From Reichenbachiella sp. (GTDB lineage Bacteria; Bacteroidota; Bacteroidia; Cytophagales; Cyclobacteriaceae), in assembly GCA_051531955.1 (NCBI GenBank), contig JAOPTS010000069.1, forward strand, positions 20,079-84,078: DNA of 64,000 nt, read 5' to 3'. Shown here piece by piece: positions 48,367 to 57,792 of this stretch (the stretch's first letter is position 1; the number at the start of each line of letters is the position of its first letter). A model generated the notes under the pieces. It saw nothing but the letters and a program-made list of their open reading frames with translations. It was not told the DNA's origin and searched no databases. The position numbers were made by a program, and so were the translations under genes.

Positions 48367-50283
48367 GTGATTGATAGTCAGACTATAGAAGATATTAAGA
48401 GCAGGATGGATATCTATGAAGTTATCAGTGACTTCATCCCGTTGAAAAAGTCTGGCTCTAGTTATAAAGCTTTGAGCCCTTTTACGGATGAAAAGACACC
48501 TTCCTTTGTAGTCTCTCCAGCCAAAAATATCTTCAAGTGCTTCAGTACAGGTAAAGGTGGTGATCCGATTACCTTCTTGATGGAGATGGATGGCCTTAGC
48601 TATATCGAAGCACTCAAATATTTGGCTAACAAATATGGGGTGGTCGTCGAAGAAGATGTACAGGACGAGAACTATGTCCAGACTCAAAATGAGAGAGAAT
48701 CACTCTTTATTACCCTCAATTTTGCGAAGAATTTTTTCATTAAGAACCTATGGGAGAGTAATGAAGGAAAGAATATTGGACTATCTTATTTCAAAGAAAG
48801 AGGGTTTACGGAAGAGACCATCAAAGAATTCGAATTGGGTTATGCCTTGGATCAATGGCAAGGTCTGATTGATGAAGCCAAAAAGAAAGGGTATAAAGAC
48901 GAATATTTAGAAAAGACAGGACTCAAGATCGTCAAGGAAGATAAATCGTATGATCGATTTAGAGGTCGGGTAGCATTTCCTATTCACAATGTATCTGGTA
49001 AGACGATTGGGTTTGGAGCAAGGACGCTCAAGAGTAATGATAAAGGTGCCAAATACCTCAATAGCCCAGAAACAGATTTATACAACAAGAGTAAAATACT
49101 CTACGGAATATTCCAGGCTAAGAATGAAATCAGGAATCAGGCAAATTGTTATCTCGTAGAAGGCTATACTGATGTAATTTCTTTGCATCAGGCGGGGATC
49201 AAAAATGTGGTTGCTTCATCAGGAACATCACTTACAGAGGATCAGATCAAACTGATCAAACGGTATACGACCAATGTGACCGTTTTGTTTGATGGTGACA
49301 AGGCTGGTGTCAAAGCATCGATGCGAGGAATCGATATGATGTTGAAAGGTGGGCTGAATGTCAAGGCAGTACCTTTTCCTGATGGTGAAGATCCTGATTC
49401 ACATGCACGAAAGCTGGGGGCATCTCAGTTCAATATTTTCTTAGAAGAGAATGCGCAAGATTTCATCAAGTTCAAAACAGGGATATACTTAACTGGTAAT
49501 GACGACCCTATCAAAAGGGCTGATTCTATCCGTGAGATAGTTCACAGTGTATCATTAGTTCCAGATCCTATTAAAAGAACCGTCTACATTCAAGAATGTA
49601 GTGGATTGCTAGGTGTAGAAGAAGCGACTCTGATTACAGAGGTGAACAAGTTACTGATTCAGGATAACAAAGAGTCGATGTTCAAACCATCGGCACCACC
49701 ACCTGAGATGATTCCTGATATTCTTCCTGAGGAGAGATCTAATAGTAGACAAGATATCATTGAGATACAGGAGAAAGAAAGTATCCGAATGTTGATCAAC
49801 TATGGTGGAGATTTAATCAAAGATGTGGAAGGTGGAGATATTCATTTGGTCAATTACTTCTTAGCAGAAAGTGAGGATATTGAGTTTGCCACACCAGCAT
49901 GTGTCAGTATTTTAGCTTTCTTCAAAGAGAATTTGGAGAAAGGGAAAATTATATCGATTCAGGATCTAATGGATCATGAAGATAAAGAGGTTCGGAAAGT
50001 AGCAGTAGATTTGTCTACCGAAAGGTATGAAGTCAGCCCCAACTGGTCTGATAAATATGAAATATCGGTAGCGCACGAAAAAGATAAGTTGAAAGACTCA
50101 ACCTTTTCATATATTTTGAGGTTGAAATTTAGAGTAGTACAAAAAATGATAGCAGACAACATGGAAAAAATGAAAGCTGCTCAAAACGAAGAAGAGATTG
50201 ACGAGTGCCTTTTGACTCAAACTGGTTTGAAAGAAATGGAAATGTCAATCGCAAAATCATTAGGAAACGTCACAGTAAAATAG
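48367..50283 (+). CDS. dnaG: DNA primase
   Basis: [20 protein letters not shown] and DGDKAG (TOPRIM) motifs. Confidence 0.97.
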   Translation: MIDSQTIEDIKSRMDIYEVISDFIPLKKSGSSYKALSPFTDEKTPSFVVSPAKNIFKCFSTGKGGDPITFLMEMDGLSYIEALKYLANKYGVVVEEDVQDENYVQTQNERESLFITLNFAKNFFIKNLWESNEGKNIGLSYFKERGFTEETIKEFELGYALDQWQGLIDEAKKKGYKDEYLEKTGLKIVKEDKSYDRFRGRVAFPIHNVSGKTIGFGARTLKSNDKGAKYLNSPETDLYNKSKILYGIFQAKNEIRNQANCYLVEGYTDVISLHQAGIKNVVASSGTSLTEDQIKLIKRYTTNVTVLFDGDKAGVKASMRGIDMMLKGGLNVKAVPFPDGEDPDSHARKLGASQFNIFLEENAQDFIKFKTGIYLTGNDDPIKRADSIREIVHSVSLVPDPIKRTVYIQECSGLLGVEEATLITEVNKLLIQDNKESMFKPSAPPPEMIPDILPEERSNSRQDIIEIQEKESIRMLINYGGDLIKDVEGGDIHLVNYFLAESEDIEFATPACVSILAFFKENLEKGKIISIQDLMDHEDKEVRKVAVDLSTERYEVSPNWSDKYEISVAHEKDKLKDSTFSYILRLKFRVVQKMIADNMEKMKAAQNEEEIDECLLTQTGLKEMEMSIAKSLGNVTVK

Positions 50284-50285
50284 AT

Positions 50286-51488
50286 ATGCTAGATAAGATA
50301 GAGGATGCTATAGCAGCAATCAAAAGAGGTGAAGTGATCATTGTTGTAGATGATGAAGATAGAGAGAATGAAGGAGATTTTGTATGTGCTGCTGAGTGTG
50401 TAACTCCTGAAATTGTCAATTTTATGGCGACTCATGGTCGTGGTCTGATTTGTGCACCATTGATAGAAGACCGCTGTGACGAGTTGGAGTTGGAATTAAT
50501 GGTAGGGAAAAATACCGTTTTGCATGAAACTCCATTTACTGTTTCGGTTGATTTAATTGGATATGGTTGTTCAACTGGTATATCTGCTAGCGATAGATCA
50601 AAGACAATCAGAGCGTTGGTGAATCCAGATATCAAACCTATTGAATTTGGAAAGCCGGGGCATGTTTTTCCTCTAAAAGCAAAAAAAGGTGGGGTACTGA
50701 GAAGAGCAGGGCATACCGAAGCGTCAATTGATCTAGCACGTCTAGCAGGTATGTATCCTGCAGGTGTATTGGTAGAGATCATGAACGAAGATGGTACCAT
50801 GGCACGTTTACCTGACTTGGTGAAAGTAGCGGAGCGATTTCAATTGAAATTGATCTCTATCAAAGACTTGATTTCCTATAGAATGGAACACGAAAGTTTG
50901 ATCGAAAAAGAAGTGACGGTTGATATGCCGACTGACTGGGGTGATTTTAAGTTGACTTCATACAAACAATTGAATACAGGAGAGACACATCTGGCCTTGA
51001 CCAAAGGAGAATGGGAGAGTGATGAACCTGTAACAGTCAGAGTACATTCATCCTGTGTAACGGGAGATATCTTCGGTTCGTGTAGATGTGATTGTGGTAC
51101 ACAATTGCATAATGCGATGAGCATGGTCGAGAAGGAAGGTAAAGGAGTGGTCTTGTATATGAATCAAGAAGGCCGTGGAATAGGTCTTGTGAATAAATTG
51201 AAGGCATATAAACTTCAAGAAGAAGGCTTAGATACAGTCGAGGCAAACGAAAAGTTAGGATTCCAAGGAGATAACAGAGATTATGGAGTGGGTGCTCAAA
51301 TTTTACAAGATTTGGGAGTGTCAAAGCTGAAACTTATAACCAATAATCCTACAAAACGTGTTGGACTGATGGGGTATGGCTTGGAAATTGTAGAGAATAT
51401 TCCAATTGAAGTTGTCCCTAATAAGCATAATCGGAAATACCTAGAAACCAAAAGGGACAAAATGGGACACAGTATTTTAAAAAAATGA
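50286..51488 (+). CDS. ribBA: Bifunctional DHBP synthase / GTP cyclohydrolase II
   Basis: [30 protein letters not shown] and QEGRGIG motifs; ATG at 50286. Confidence 0.96.
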   Translation: MLDKIEDAIAAIKRGEVIIVVDDEDRENEGDFVCAAECVTPEIVNFMATHGRGLICAPLIEDRCDELELELMVGKNTVLHETPFTVSVDLIGYGCSTGISASDRSKTIRALVNPDIKPIEFGKPGHVFPLKAKKGGVLRRAGHTEASIDLARLAGMYPAGVLVEIMNEDGTMARLPDLVKVAERFQLKLISIKDLISYRMEHESLIEKEVTVDMPTDWGDFKLTSYKQLNTGETHLALTKGEWESDEPVTVRVHSSCVTGDIFGSCRCDCGTQLHNAMSMVEKEGKGVVLYMNQEGRGIGLVNKLKAYKLQEEGLDTVEANEKLGFQGDNRDYGVGAQILQDLGVSKLKLITNNPTKRVGLMGYGLEIVENIPIEVVPNKHNRKYLETKRDKMGHSILKK

Positions 51489-52096
51489 TCAAACATTTTA
51501 TACTATTTCTTTTTCTGATTGGAACTCAATGTTTGCAGGCGCAGGAATTTTCTACTCGTCTCTGGCATGAGGGATGGGTAGTGACTAGTGCTAGAGATAC
51601 GCTCAAAGGACAAGTTAAATATAGTATGGAATCCAATTCTGTGCAGGTCATTGGAGAGTCCCAAAAGGTAAAAACCTTTGGTAGTAAGCAATTGATCTAT
51701 TTAGAAATATTTGATATGTCGGTTAAGAACTATCGGCAGTTTTACTCGATTCCATATATGGTCACATCTGATTTTCGGGCACCTATTATATTCGAAGTAA
51801 TTTATGAAGGTCCTACCTCCTTGATTGCTCGCGAAAAGATTGTGTTGAAAACAGATTCATACAACCAGTCTTATTATTATGCAGGCCCCACAACTACTAG
51901 AGAAGCATTGGTTTTTACTTATTACTTTGCCTTCAAAAGTGGGGAAATAAAGGAGTTCACTGGCAAAAAAGGAGAAATCTATTCGCTGTTAGAAAAGAAC
52001 CCTGAAAAGTTGAAGACATACATCAAGAAGAATAAATTGGATGTCACGGAGATGAAGGATTTGATTAGGATACTGGCTTTTTATAATAGTATTTAA
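51485..52096 (+). CDS. Secreted hypothetical protein
   Basis: Signal peptide ending LQA/QE; ATGA overlap with ribBA. Confidence 0.8.
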   Translation: MIKHFILFLFLIGTQCLQAQEFSTRLWHEGWVVTSARDTLKGQVKYSMESNSVQVIGESQKVKTFGSKQLIYLEIFDMSVKNYRQFYSIPYMVTSDFRAPIIFEVIYEGPTSLIAREKIVLKTDSYNQSYYYAGPTTTREALVFTYYFAFKSGEIKEFTGKKGEIYSLLEKNPEKLKTYIKKNKLDVTEMKDLIRILAFYNSI

Positions 52097-52140
52097 GAGG
52101 GCTATATATCATATAATCAGCCATTAGCAGTAGTGTGGAA

Positions 52141-52284
52141 GTATTTGGAAAGTCATATTGCTTATTTGAAACTCAATATGAAGGTGGGTGTTTTTAAGTT
52201 TCGTATCATAAAGTACCAAGGGCTGGATGAGACATTTTGTCTATTCTCAAGGACGAAGAAAAGTTGATGAAAATCATTGAGTAA
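52141..52284 (+). pseudogene. Possible degenerate remnant resembling the upstream gene
   Basis: One frame reads VFGKSYCLFETQYEGGCF*VSYHKVPRAG*DILSILKDEEKLMKIIE*, echoing IFEVIYEG and [14 protein letters not shown] of 51485..52096. Confidence 0.3.
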
Positions 52285-52402
52285 GCCCCTTTCAAAATCA
52301 ATGATTTGGCTGATCATGATATGACACAGTTTGTAGAGAGTAAAGCTTTGTCGGATCTGAAATTGTTACAATAATAATAGCTGTTAGTAGTGAGAAATTC
52401 AG

Positions 52403-52428
52403 GAGTGGTTAATAATCACTCTTTTTTT
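52403..52428 (+). terminator. Intrinsic terminator upstream of the second ECF operon
   Basis: GAGTGGTT-AAT-AATCACTC followed by T7. Confidence 0.7.
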
Positions 52429-52438
52429 GTGCCCATTT

Positions 52439-52466
52439 AAAACTATTTTTATAGTATCATCATCTT
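52439..52466 (+). promoter_or_regulatory. Putative autoregulatory ECF promoter AAAAC-N17-CATCTT
   Basis: Resembles the generic ECF AAC/CGTC pattern; lies just after the terminator; single instance only. Confidence 0.4.
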
Positions 52467-52501
52467 AGGTGTAGATATGAGGAAAACCAAACGATTGACC
52501 A

Positions 52502-53110
52502 ATGGCAACTATGCGTGATATGGCCGCATCGCATAACGCTGAGTTTGTACAACGTGCAAAGCTGGGTGATAAAGCTGCTTTTAATAAGTTGGTGGAATCA
52601 TGGTACAAGAGGATTTATAATTTTTGCTACAAGTACTTTAATGATCATGATCAAGCTTCGGAGAGTGCACAAAAGACCTTTATCAAGATGTTTGATCGCA
52701 TCGGTCAACTCGATGATGTGAGCAAGTTTAAGCCTTGGTTGTATATCGTAGCGCTTAATATCTGTAGGGAAGAGAGTAGGAAGAAGAGCAGAGTAGCCGG
52801 ACTGTTTGTCCAGCAAAGTGATGAGGTAGAGGATGGGTTGACACAAGCTGGTGGTCAGCAACCTGGGGTGGCGATGGAGACTCAAGAGTTATCTGATATA
52901 GTTGGTTCGGTACTACAATGTTTGCCTGAAGAACAAAGGAGTGTGGTCGTCATGAAAGAATATGAAGGGATGAAGTTTAGAGAGATTGCCGAAGTGCTGA
53001 ATTTGTCAGAGAACACTGTGAAATCACGGTTGTATTATGGACTAAAGGCCATGAAAAAGAAATTGGAAAGTAACAACGCATTTAAAGAATCTTACGGATA
53101 TGGGAAATAA
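52502..53110 (+). CDS. ECF sigma-70 factor
   Basis: FKPWLYIVALNIC and FREIAEVLNLSENTVKSRLYYG motifs. Confidence 0.93.
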   Translation: MATMRDMAASHNAEFVQRAKLGDKAAFNKLVESWYKRIYNFCYKYFNDHDQASESAQKTFIKMFDRIGQLDDVSKFKPWLYIVALNICREESRKKSRVAGLFVQQSDEVEDGLTQAGGQQPGVAMETQELSDIVGSVLQCLPEEQRSVVVMKEYEGMKFREIAEVLNLSENTVKSRLYYGLKAMKKKLESNNAFKESYGYGK

Positions 53111-53927
53111 GATCAACGAAGCGACTATAATGGATTACCTCTTTGAAGAGATGTCTAAGGAGGATAGTGCAAAATTCGAATTGCAGCTAGAAGAAGACAA
53201 TGTTTTAAAGAAGGAAGTGGAAGAAATGAAAATGAGTCAGTTGTTCTTGCAGAGCATGAATGATAAAGAAGTAGTGATCCCGTCTTTTGTATTTAACGAG
53301 CCAGTTCAAAGACAGATCAGCTTTTTTGAATCTGCACCTTTTAGATGGGTGAGTACGGTTGCGGCGGGCTTGATTTTTATTTTGCTCTCAGGGTATTTCT
53401 CAGGGTTCAAGTTTACCCAAAATGAGCTGGGGTTAACGATAGGTTTTGGTGATCAACTTGCGGTCCAACAGGAATCGCAACTAACTAAAAATGACGTACA
53501 ATCTTGGATGAAAGAAGTGCTCAACGATTATGATGATAACAATGAACTGAAGCTACAACAGCTCGTAGACCAGGTAGATACCAAGATAGAAAATCAAAAG
53601 TCATTCAATCGAAAGGAAATGAATCTATTGGCTAAAAAATATTCGGCTCAAACGGATGTCATGATGCAGGCATATGTCAATCAAGTAAGCGACGGTAATA
53701 AGGAAATGATAGAAAATTTCTTTACCGTATCCAATGAGACACAACAGCAATATGTCAAAAGTGTCTTGTCAGATTTTAATGAATTTTATCAAAAACAACG
53801 AAACTACGATCTACAAGTCATACAAACGAGCATGGATATGATGCAAAATAGCTATGATGTGCAGCAACTGGAACAAAGCACCTTGCTCGCCAATTTGTAT
53901 GGTATGGTCGACACTCAAAGTAAATAA
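53100..53927 (+). CDS. Putative anti-sigma factor (TM plus periplasmic coiled coil)
   Basis: IMDYLFEEMS..FELQLEED N-terminal helical domain, one TM helix, overlaps the sigma gene. Confidence 0.75.
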   Translation: MGNKINEATIMDYLFEEMSKEDSAKFELQLEEDNVLKKEVEEMKMSQLFLQSMNDKEVVIPSFVFNEPVQRQISFFESAPFRWVSTVAAGLIFILLSGYFSGFKFTQNELGLTIGFGDQLAVQQESQLTKNDVQSWMKEVLNDYDDNNELKLQQLVDQVDTKIENQKSFNRKEMNLLAKKYSAQTDVMMQAYVNQVSDGNKEMIENFFTVSNETQQQYVKSVLSDFNEFYQKQRNYDLQVIQTSMDMMQNSYDVQQLEQSTLLANLYGMVDTQSK

Positions 53928-53928
53928 C

Positions 53929-55341
53929 ATGAAAAAAATAATCATAACAACGCTATTGTTAGTGACGATAGTAGTCACCACTATGTCTCAGGATATTGAC
54001 AAGAGTCGGATGGATAGAGATTTGAAAGTGGCAGAGAACATTGTTTCTACCTTATTTAAAAACGAATCTGAGGAGGGACACTTCTTTTCTTCAGAACCTC
54101 ATGCTACCTATGTGCAGGCATATGGTGTGATGATTAGTGTAGGTGAAGGAGGGCATTTCTTTTCTAAAAGTTTTGACAGTAATTATGAGTTCATTTGGGA
54201 TAGAGAAGGAGGGAGTATTGTTATTGAGAATATCGAGGAATTGGAACAACAGGCAGAGGTCTTGGCTATCCAGGCAGAGGAATTGGCAAAAATACATATT
54301 GAACAGTTCGAGTTGGATCAGGATTTTGAGACTGACATAGATTTTTATAGTTCAGATGAAACGACTATTAAAGAAAGAAAAGTAGAAAAAGAGAGAAAAG
54401 GAGAGAAGGGGAGAAAGGGAGAAAAAGAGCGTAAAGGGGAGAAAGAAGAGCGTAAAGAGCAGGAGTACGAGGAAGTTATGCACCAAATGGAAATGAAAAT
54501 GCATAATTTGGAAGAACGAGAACATGAAAAGGAAATCATTAGAATTGAGTACCATACTCAGGCCGTGCCGGGTTATCCTAAACCTCCACATGGCGAAATT
54601 GATAAAGAATTCAGGGAGAGTATGATTTCCTCGGCTCGTAGTGTTGTTGTCACATTTTACAAAGACTATGTCTATTTAATAAATCAGCTGAAAGCCACAG
54701 ATAAGATTTCTATGACTTTTGACCTTGCCCCAGTGCCTGGTAAAGAGGCTCTTGGTGTATCAAAGTTGAGTGGTACGGTTGTGATGCAAGATGTATATGC
54801 TTATAAGCAAGGGAAGTTGACTGAGGATCAGTTCGAACAGAAAATAGAAATAGTCGAGATTGAAGCAGCCAAAAAGGAAGATGATTTGGAATTGATTTCG
54901 AGCATTTTTCAGACCTTATATAAATCTGATATTGCAACTACTTATTATACTTATGGCAAAATCCGATATGAGAGAGTAGGGAATTTTGGAGCTATTTTTA
55001 AAATGAAGATGTATTCTTCTATTTCTCATGGAGAAAATAATCACAAAGTAGTCACACAAAAGAAAAGTGGATTGACGCAACTGGAGCGTGATGTGTTGGT
55101 GAATTCTCTTTATCCTCGATTTGAAAATGAATTGAAAGAGAATATTCTTGATTATGGTAGGACAGTCAAAAGCTTGGGAAGGGATGAAATCATCATCTTT
55201 AGAGTGAAACTGACAGAGTGCAATAATTGCGAGATGCCTTCAAATTTGGAGTTGAGTATCAAAGTGTCAGCCCTTTTGGATTTTGATACAGGTAAAATCA
55301 GTCGTGACGATGCACTTAAGGAAATCATGGTAAAGAGATAA
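53929..55341 (+). CDS. Secreted hypothetical protein with an internal domain duplication
   Basis: Signal MKKIIITTLLLVTIVVTTMS/Q; two homologous halves; charged insert. Confidence 0.8.
   Translation: MKKIIITTLLLVTIVVTTMSQDIDKSRMDRDLKVAENIVSTLFKNESEEGHFFSSEPHATYVQAYGVMISVGEGGHFFSKSFDSNYEFIWDREGGSIVIENIEELEQQAEVLAIQAEELAKIHIEQFELDQDFETDIDFYSSDETTIKERKVEKERKGEKGRKGEKERKGEKEERKEQEYEEVMHQMEMKMHNLEEREHEKEIIRIEYHTQAVPGYPKPPHGEIDKEFRESMISSARSVVVTFYKDYVYLINQLKATDKISMTFDLAPVPGKEALGVSKLSGTVVMQDVYAYKQGKLTEDQFEQKIEIVEIEAAKKEDDLELISSIFQTLYKSDIATTYYTYGKIRYERVGNFGAIFKMKMYSSISHGENNHKVVTQKKSGLTQLERDVLVNSLYPRFENELKENILDYGRTVKSLGRDEIIIFRVKLTECNNCEMPSNLELSIKVSALLDFDTGKISRDDALKEIMVKR
54385..54459 (+). repeat. In-frame 18-bp tandem repeat (EKERKG-like, about 4 units)
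   Basis: GAAAAAGAGAGAAAAGGA GAGAAGGGGAGAAAGGGA GAAAAAGAGCGTAAAGGG GAGAAAGAAGAGCGTAAAGAG. Confidence 0.8.
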
Positions 55342-55562
55342 ATGACCAAGGATCAATTAAAATTTTGATAATGCTATTCGAGTTTGGACTATAAGAAGCC
55401 TAGTCTAAAGGAATGTTATCCGGACCCTATTAAAACATATTTGTCAGCCGGTTCTACTTTATAGCGCTTGAACTGGATAGTTAAATATCCAGTATCAATG
55501 CTCTTTCAGTGAAACGGGGATGTGGTAGTAATTATTTTTCTTCTACCATATTGTGAATAACA

Positions 55563-57596
55563 TCAAACCACAATCTTAAATGTCGTGCCAACTCCTGGTG
55601 TACTGTCTATCGAAATATGACCTCCCATAGATTCTACTTGTGTTCGAACCATAAATAGTCCCATTCCTTTTCCCTCTACGTGGTTGTGAAATCGCTTATA
55701 TAGCCCAAAGACATCTTCACTATTCTTGGTTAGGTCTATTCCTAGCCCATTGTCTTGTATTTCTACATGTATGTGTCCTTCTTCTATTGTGAATGTTTTG
55801 ATACTGATATAGGATTGTACATCAGTTCGACTATATTTAATGGCATTGGAGATAAGATTGATCAAAATACTATACCAGTAAACATTGTTGGAAACAATGC
55901 TTTCAACTTTCAAATCAATTCGAAATTCTATTCCGGCATTGTCAATCTCTTTGGCAATGGACAGTTGTATTTTTTTAATATTATCCTTGAAATTAACGGT
56001 GCTATTTGGTTGGTTCAAGCGTTGTTTGACTTCAAGTACGCCAGTCAAATCCTTTAGTACTTCATCCAATGCATTTACAGATTCTTTTATCTTTTCTACC
56101 GTGATGATGTTGAATGGGTCCTGATTGTCCTTGATGTTGTAGATGTTGGTCAGTCCTATGATATTTGAAACAGGGGCTCTCATGTTATGAGAGACGATAT
56201 AATTGAATTGCTCCAAATGGTTGTTTCTTTCCTTTAAATCCAAAACTACGTTTTCAATTTCTTTAGTTCTCAAGGCTATTTGTCCTTCTAATAGATCTTT
56301 TGTCTTGTGTAATAGGTTGGCTTTTTCAGTGATTTTTACATTTTGTAGTAGAGTATCTTGTTGTTGTTTTTCTTTGTCGGTATAGGATAATGAAAATCGT
56401 TCTCCAAGTAATAATGCGTTGAGGATTAATGTGATTAAATAGCCAATGCTAATTAGAACGCTATTAACATCTCCTCCGATATTAAAAGAAAGTATATGAT
56501 AAGAAGCGACTATCATACCACTAAGGATTCCCAGTAGGGCCAATATGGATTGTTTGCTTTTCTTTTTGGAGGTTAGTAAGATGAATACAATGTATAGTTG
56601 AATAATCTGAATACCTGCGAAAAAAGGCAGAAGAAGGAGGGATAAATATTGACTTGGTAATAATACTGCGAGTACGATGAAGGGTGTACAGAAATAAATG
56701 GCGATTTTTAAAAATATTGAAGGGAAAATGTGCTTAAATATTTCTCTGAGATAGGACAGTCCCATCAATGACCCAAAAAATAAACTGATGTATTCTATCC
56801 TGACTAGCCAGACCCAACGAATAGTAGGGAATAGATAGATGAGAGGAGAGTATTCATCACTCAAATTTCGATAACCCCAACATAGACTAAACAATGCTAG
56901 AAATAAGATTGCCTTATCTTTTCTCCAATAGGTATAATATAATAGCAGTAGCGTTACACTGACAAAGAAGAGACATCCAATCAGTATCATTTTACTGATG
57001 AGCTTGTTTCGGTATTGTTGCCAAAGACTAAGTGTAGTGCCAATACTGAGCGCTTGTGTCATGCCACCTTGTCGATGATAATAATTAGCGACTTGTAGTG
57101 TCAGTGATACTGTGTCTACATCTGATGATATAGGAATGAACGTTTCTAATCTACGGTGTAGCAGCGTAGATGCATCCTTTGTTACATTCCCTGCTTCGAA
57201 TACCAGTTCATCATTGATCCAAAGTTTGAAAGTGGAGTTAATTTTTGGTAAGCGGACCGAAAGAGGTTGATGAGTTTGATTTAATATTAATTGTGTGGAA
57301 TAAGTTGCGACTCCAAAGGATGGGAGTTGTTTTCCTTCTATTTCTAGCGTATTCCAAGGGGCTAACCCTTCTGAAAGAATAATATCTGGGTGTGCCTGTT
57401 GAATAAGCTTTGGTGTCAATAATTGATTCCAATACAAAACCCAACCGTCATTGATATCTATTAGTTCACCATTAGCAAAATCAATATTTCGTAGATTGTT
57501 TTCTGGTTGTAAATCAGCTTTGGCAGAAACGGAAACCATCAAGTTTAGCAGAATTGCAAACGCGATGGTTGTGATAAAAGTGTAGTTTTCCCTCAT
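55563..57596 (-). CDS. 7TM-DISM-type sensor histidine kinase
   Basis: Periplasmic WVLYWNQLL/FGVATY domain, about 7 TM helices, SHNMRAP, NLISNAIKY and GKGMGL motifs. Confidence 0.88.
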   Translation of the reverse strand: MRENYTFITTIAFAILLNLMVSVSAKADLQPENNLRNIDFANGELIDINDGWVLYWNQLLTPKLIQQAHPDIILSEGLAPWNTLEIEGKQLPSFGVATYSTQLILNQTHQPLSVRLPKINSTFKLWINDELVFEAGNVTKDASTLLHRRLETFIPISSDVDTVSLTLQVANYYHRQGGMTQALSIGTTLSLWQQYRNKLISKMILIGCLFFVSVTLLLLYYTYWRKDKAILFLALFSLCWGYRNLSDEYSPLIYLFPTIRWVWLVRIEYISLFFGSLMGLSYLREIFKHIFPSIFLKIAIYFCTPFIVLAVLLPSQYLSLLLLPFFAGIQIIQLYIVFILLTSKKKSKQSILALLGILSGMIVASYHILSFNIGGDVNSVLISIGYLITLILNALLLGERFSLSYTDKEKQQQDTLLQNVKITEKANLLHKTKDLLEGQIALRTKEIENVVLDLKERNNHLEQFNYIVSHNMRAPVSNIIGLTNIYNIKDNQDPFNIITVEKIKESVNALDEVLKDLTGVLEVKQRLNQPNSTVNFKDNIKKIQLSIAKEIDNAGIEFRIDLKVESIVSNNVYWYSILINLISNAIKYSRTDVQSYISIKTFTIEEGHIHVEIQDNGLGIDLTKNSEDVFGLYKRFHNHVEGKGMGLFMVRTQVESMGGHISIDSTPGVGTTFKIVV

Positions 57597-57792
57597 TCAA
57601 TAGATCGTAATTAACAGGGAGATCATACAGTGGTTTGGTAAATATAAGGTAAGCACTATTAATAATATAGTTGCTCGTTATTGATTCAGATTTTGTCTTT
57701 CAGCTAAGCGGCTATTTATGAAGTTATTATATCAGATGCTTGACTTGAATTGCTTTTCTTTAGTATAATGGGATGGTGTTTTCTGTACGTGT

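Noticed and set aside
55342-55562. Spacer beginning with ATG right after the ECF operon
   Set aside because: The frame stops after 8 codons, and I could support no convincing pseudogene or RNA structure.
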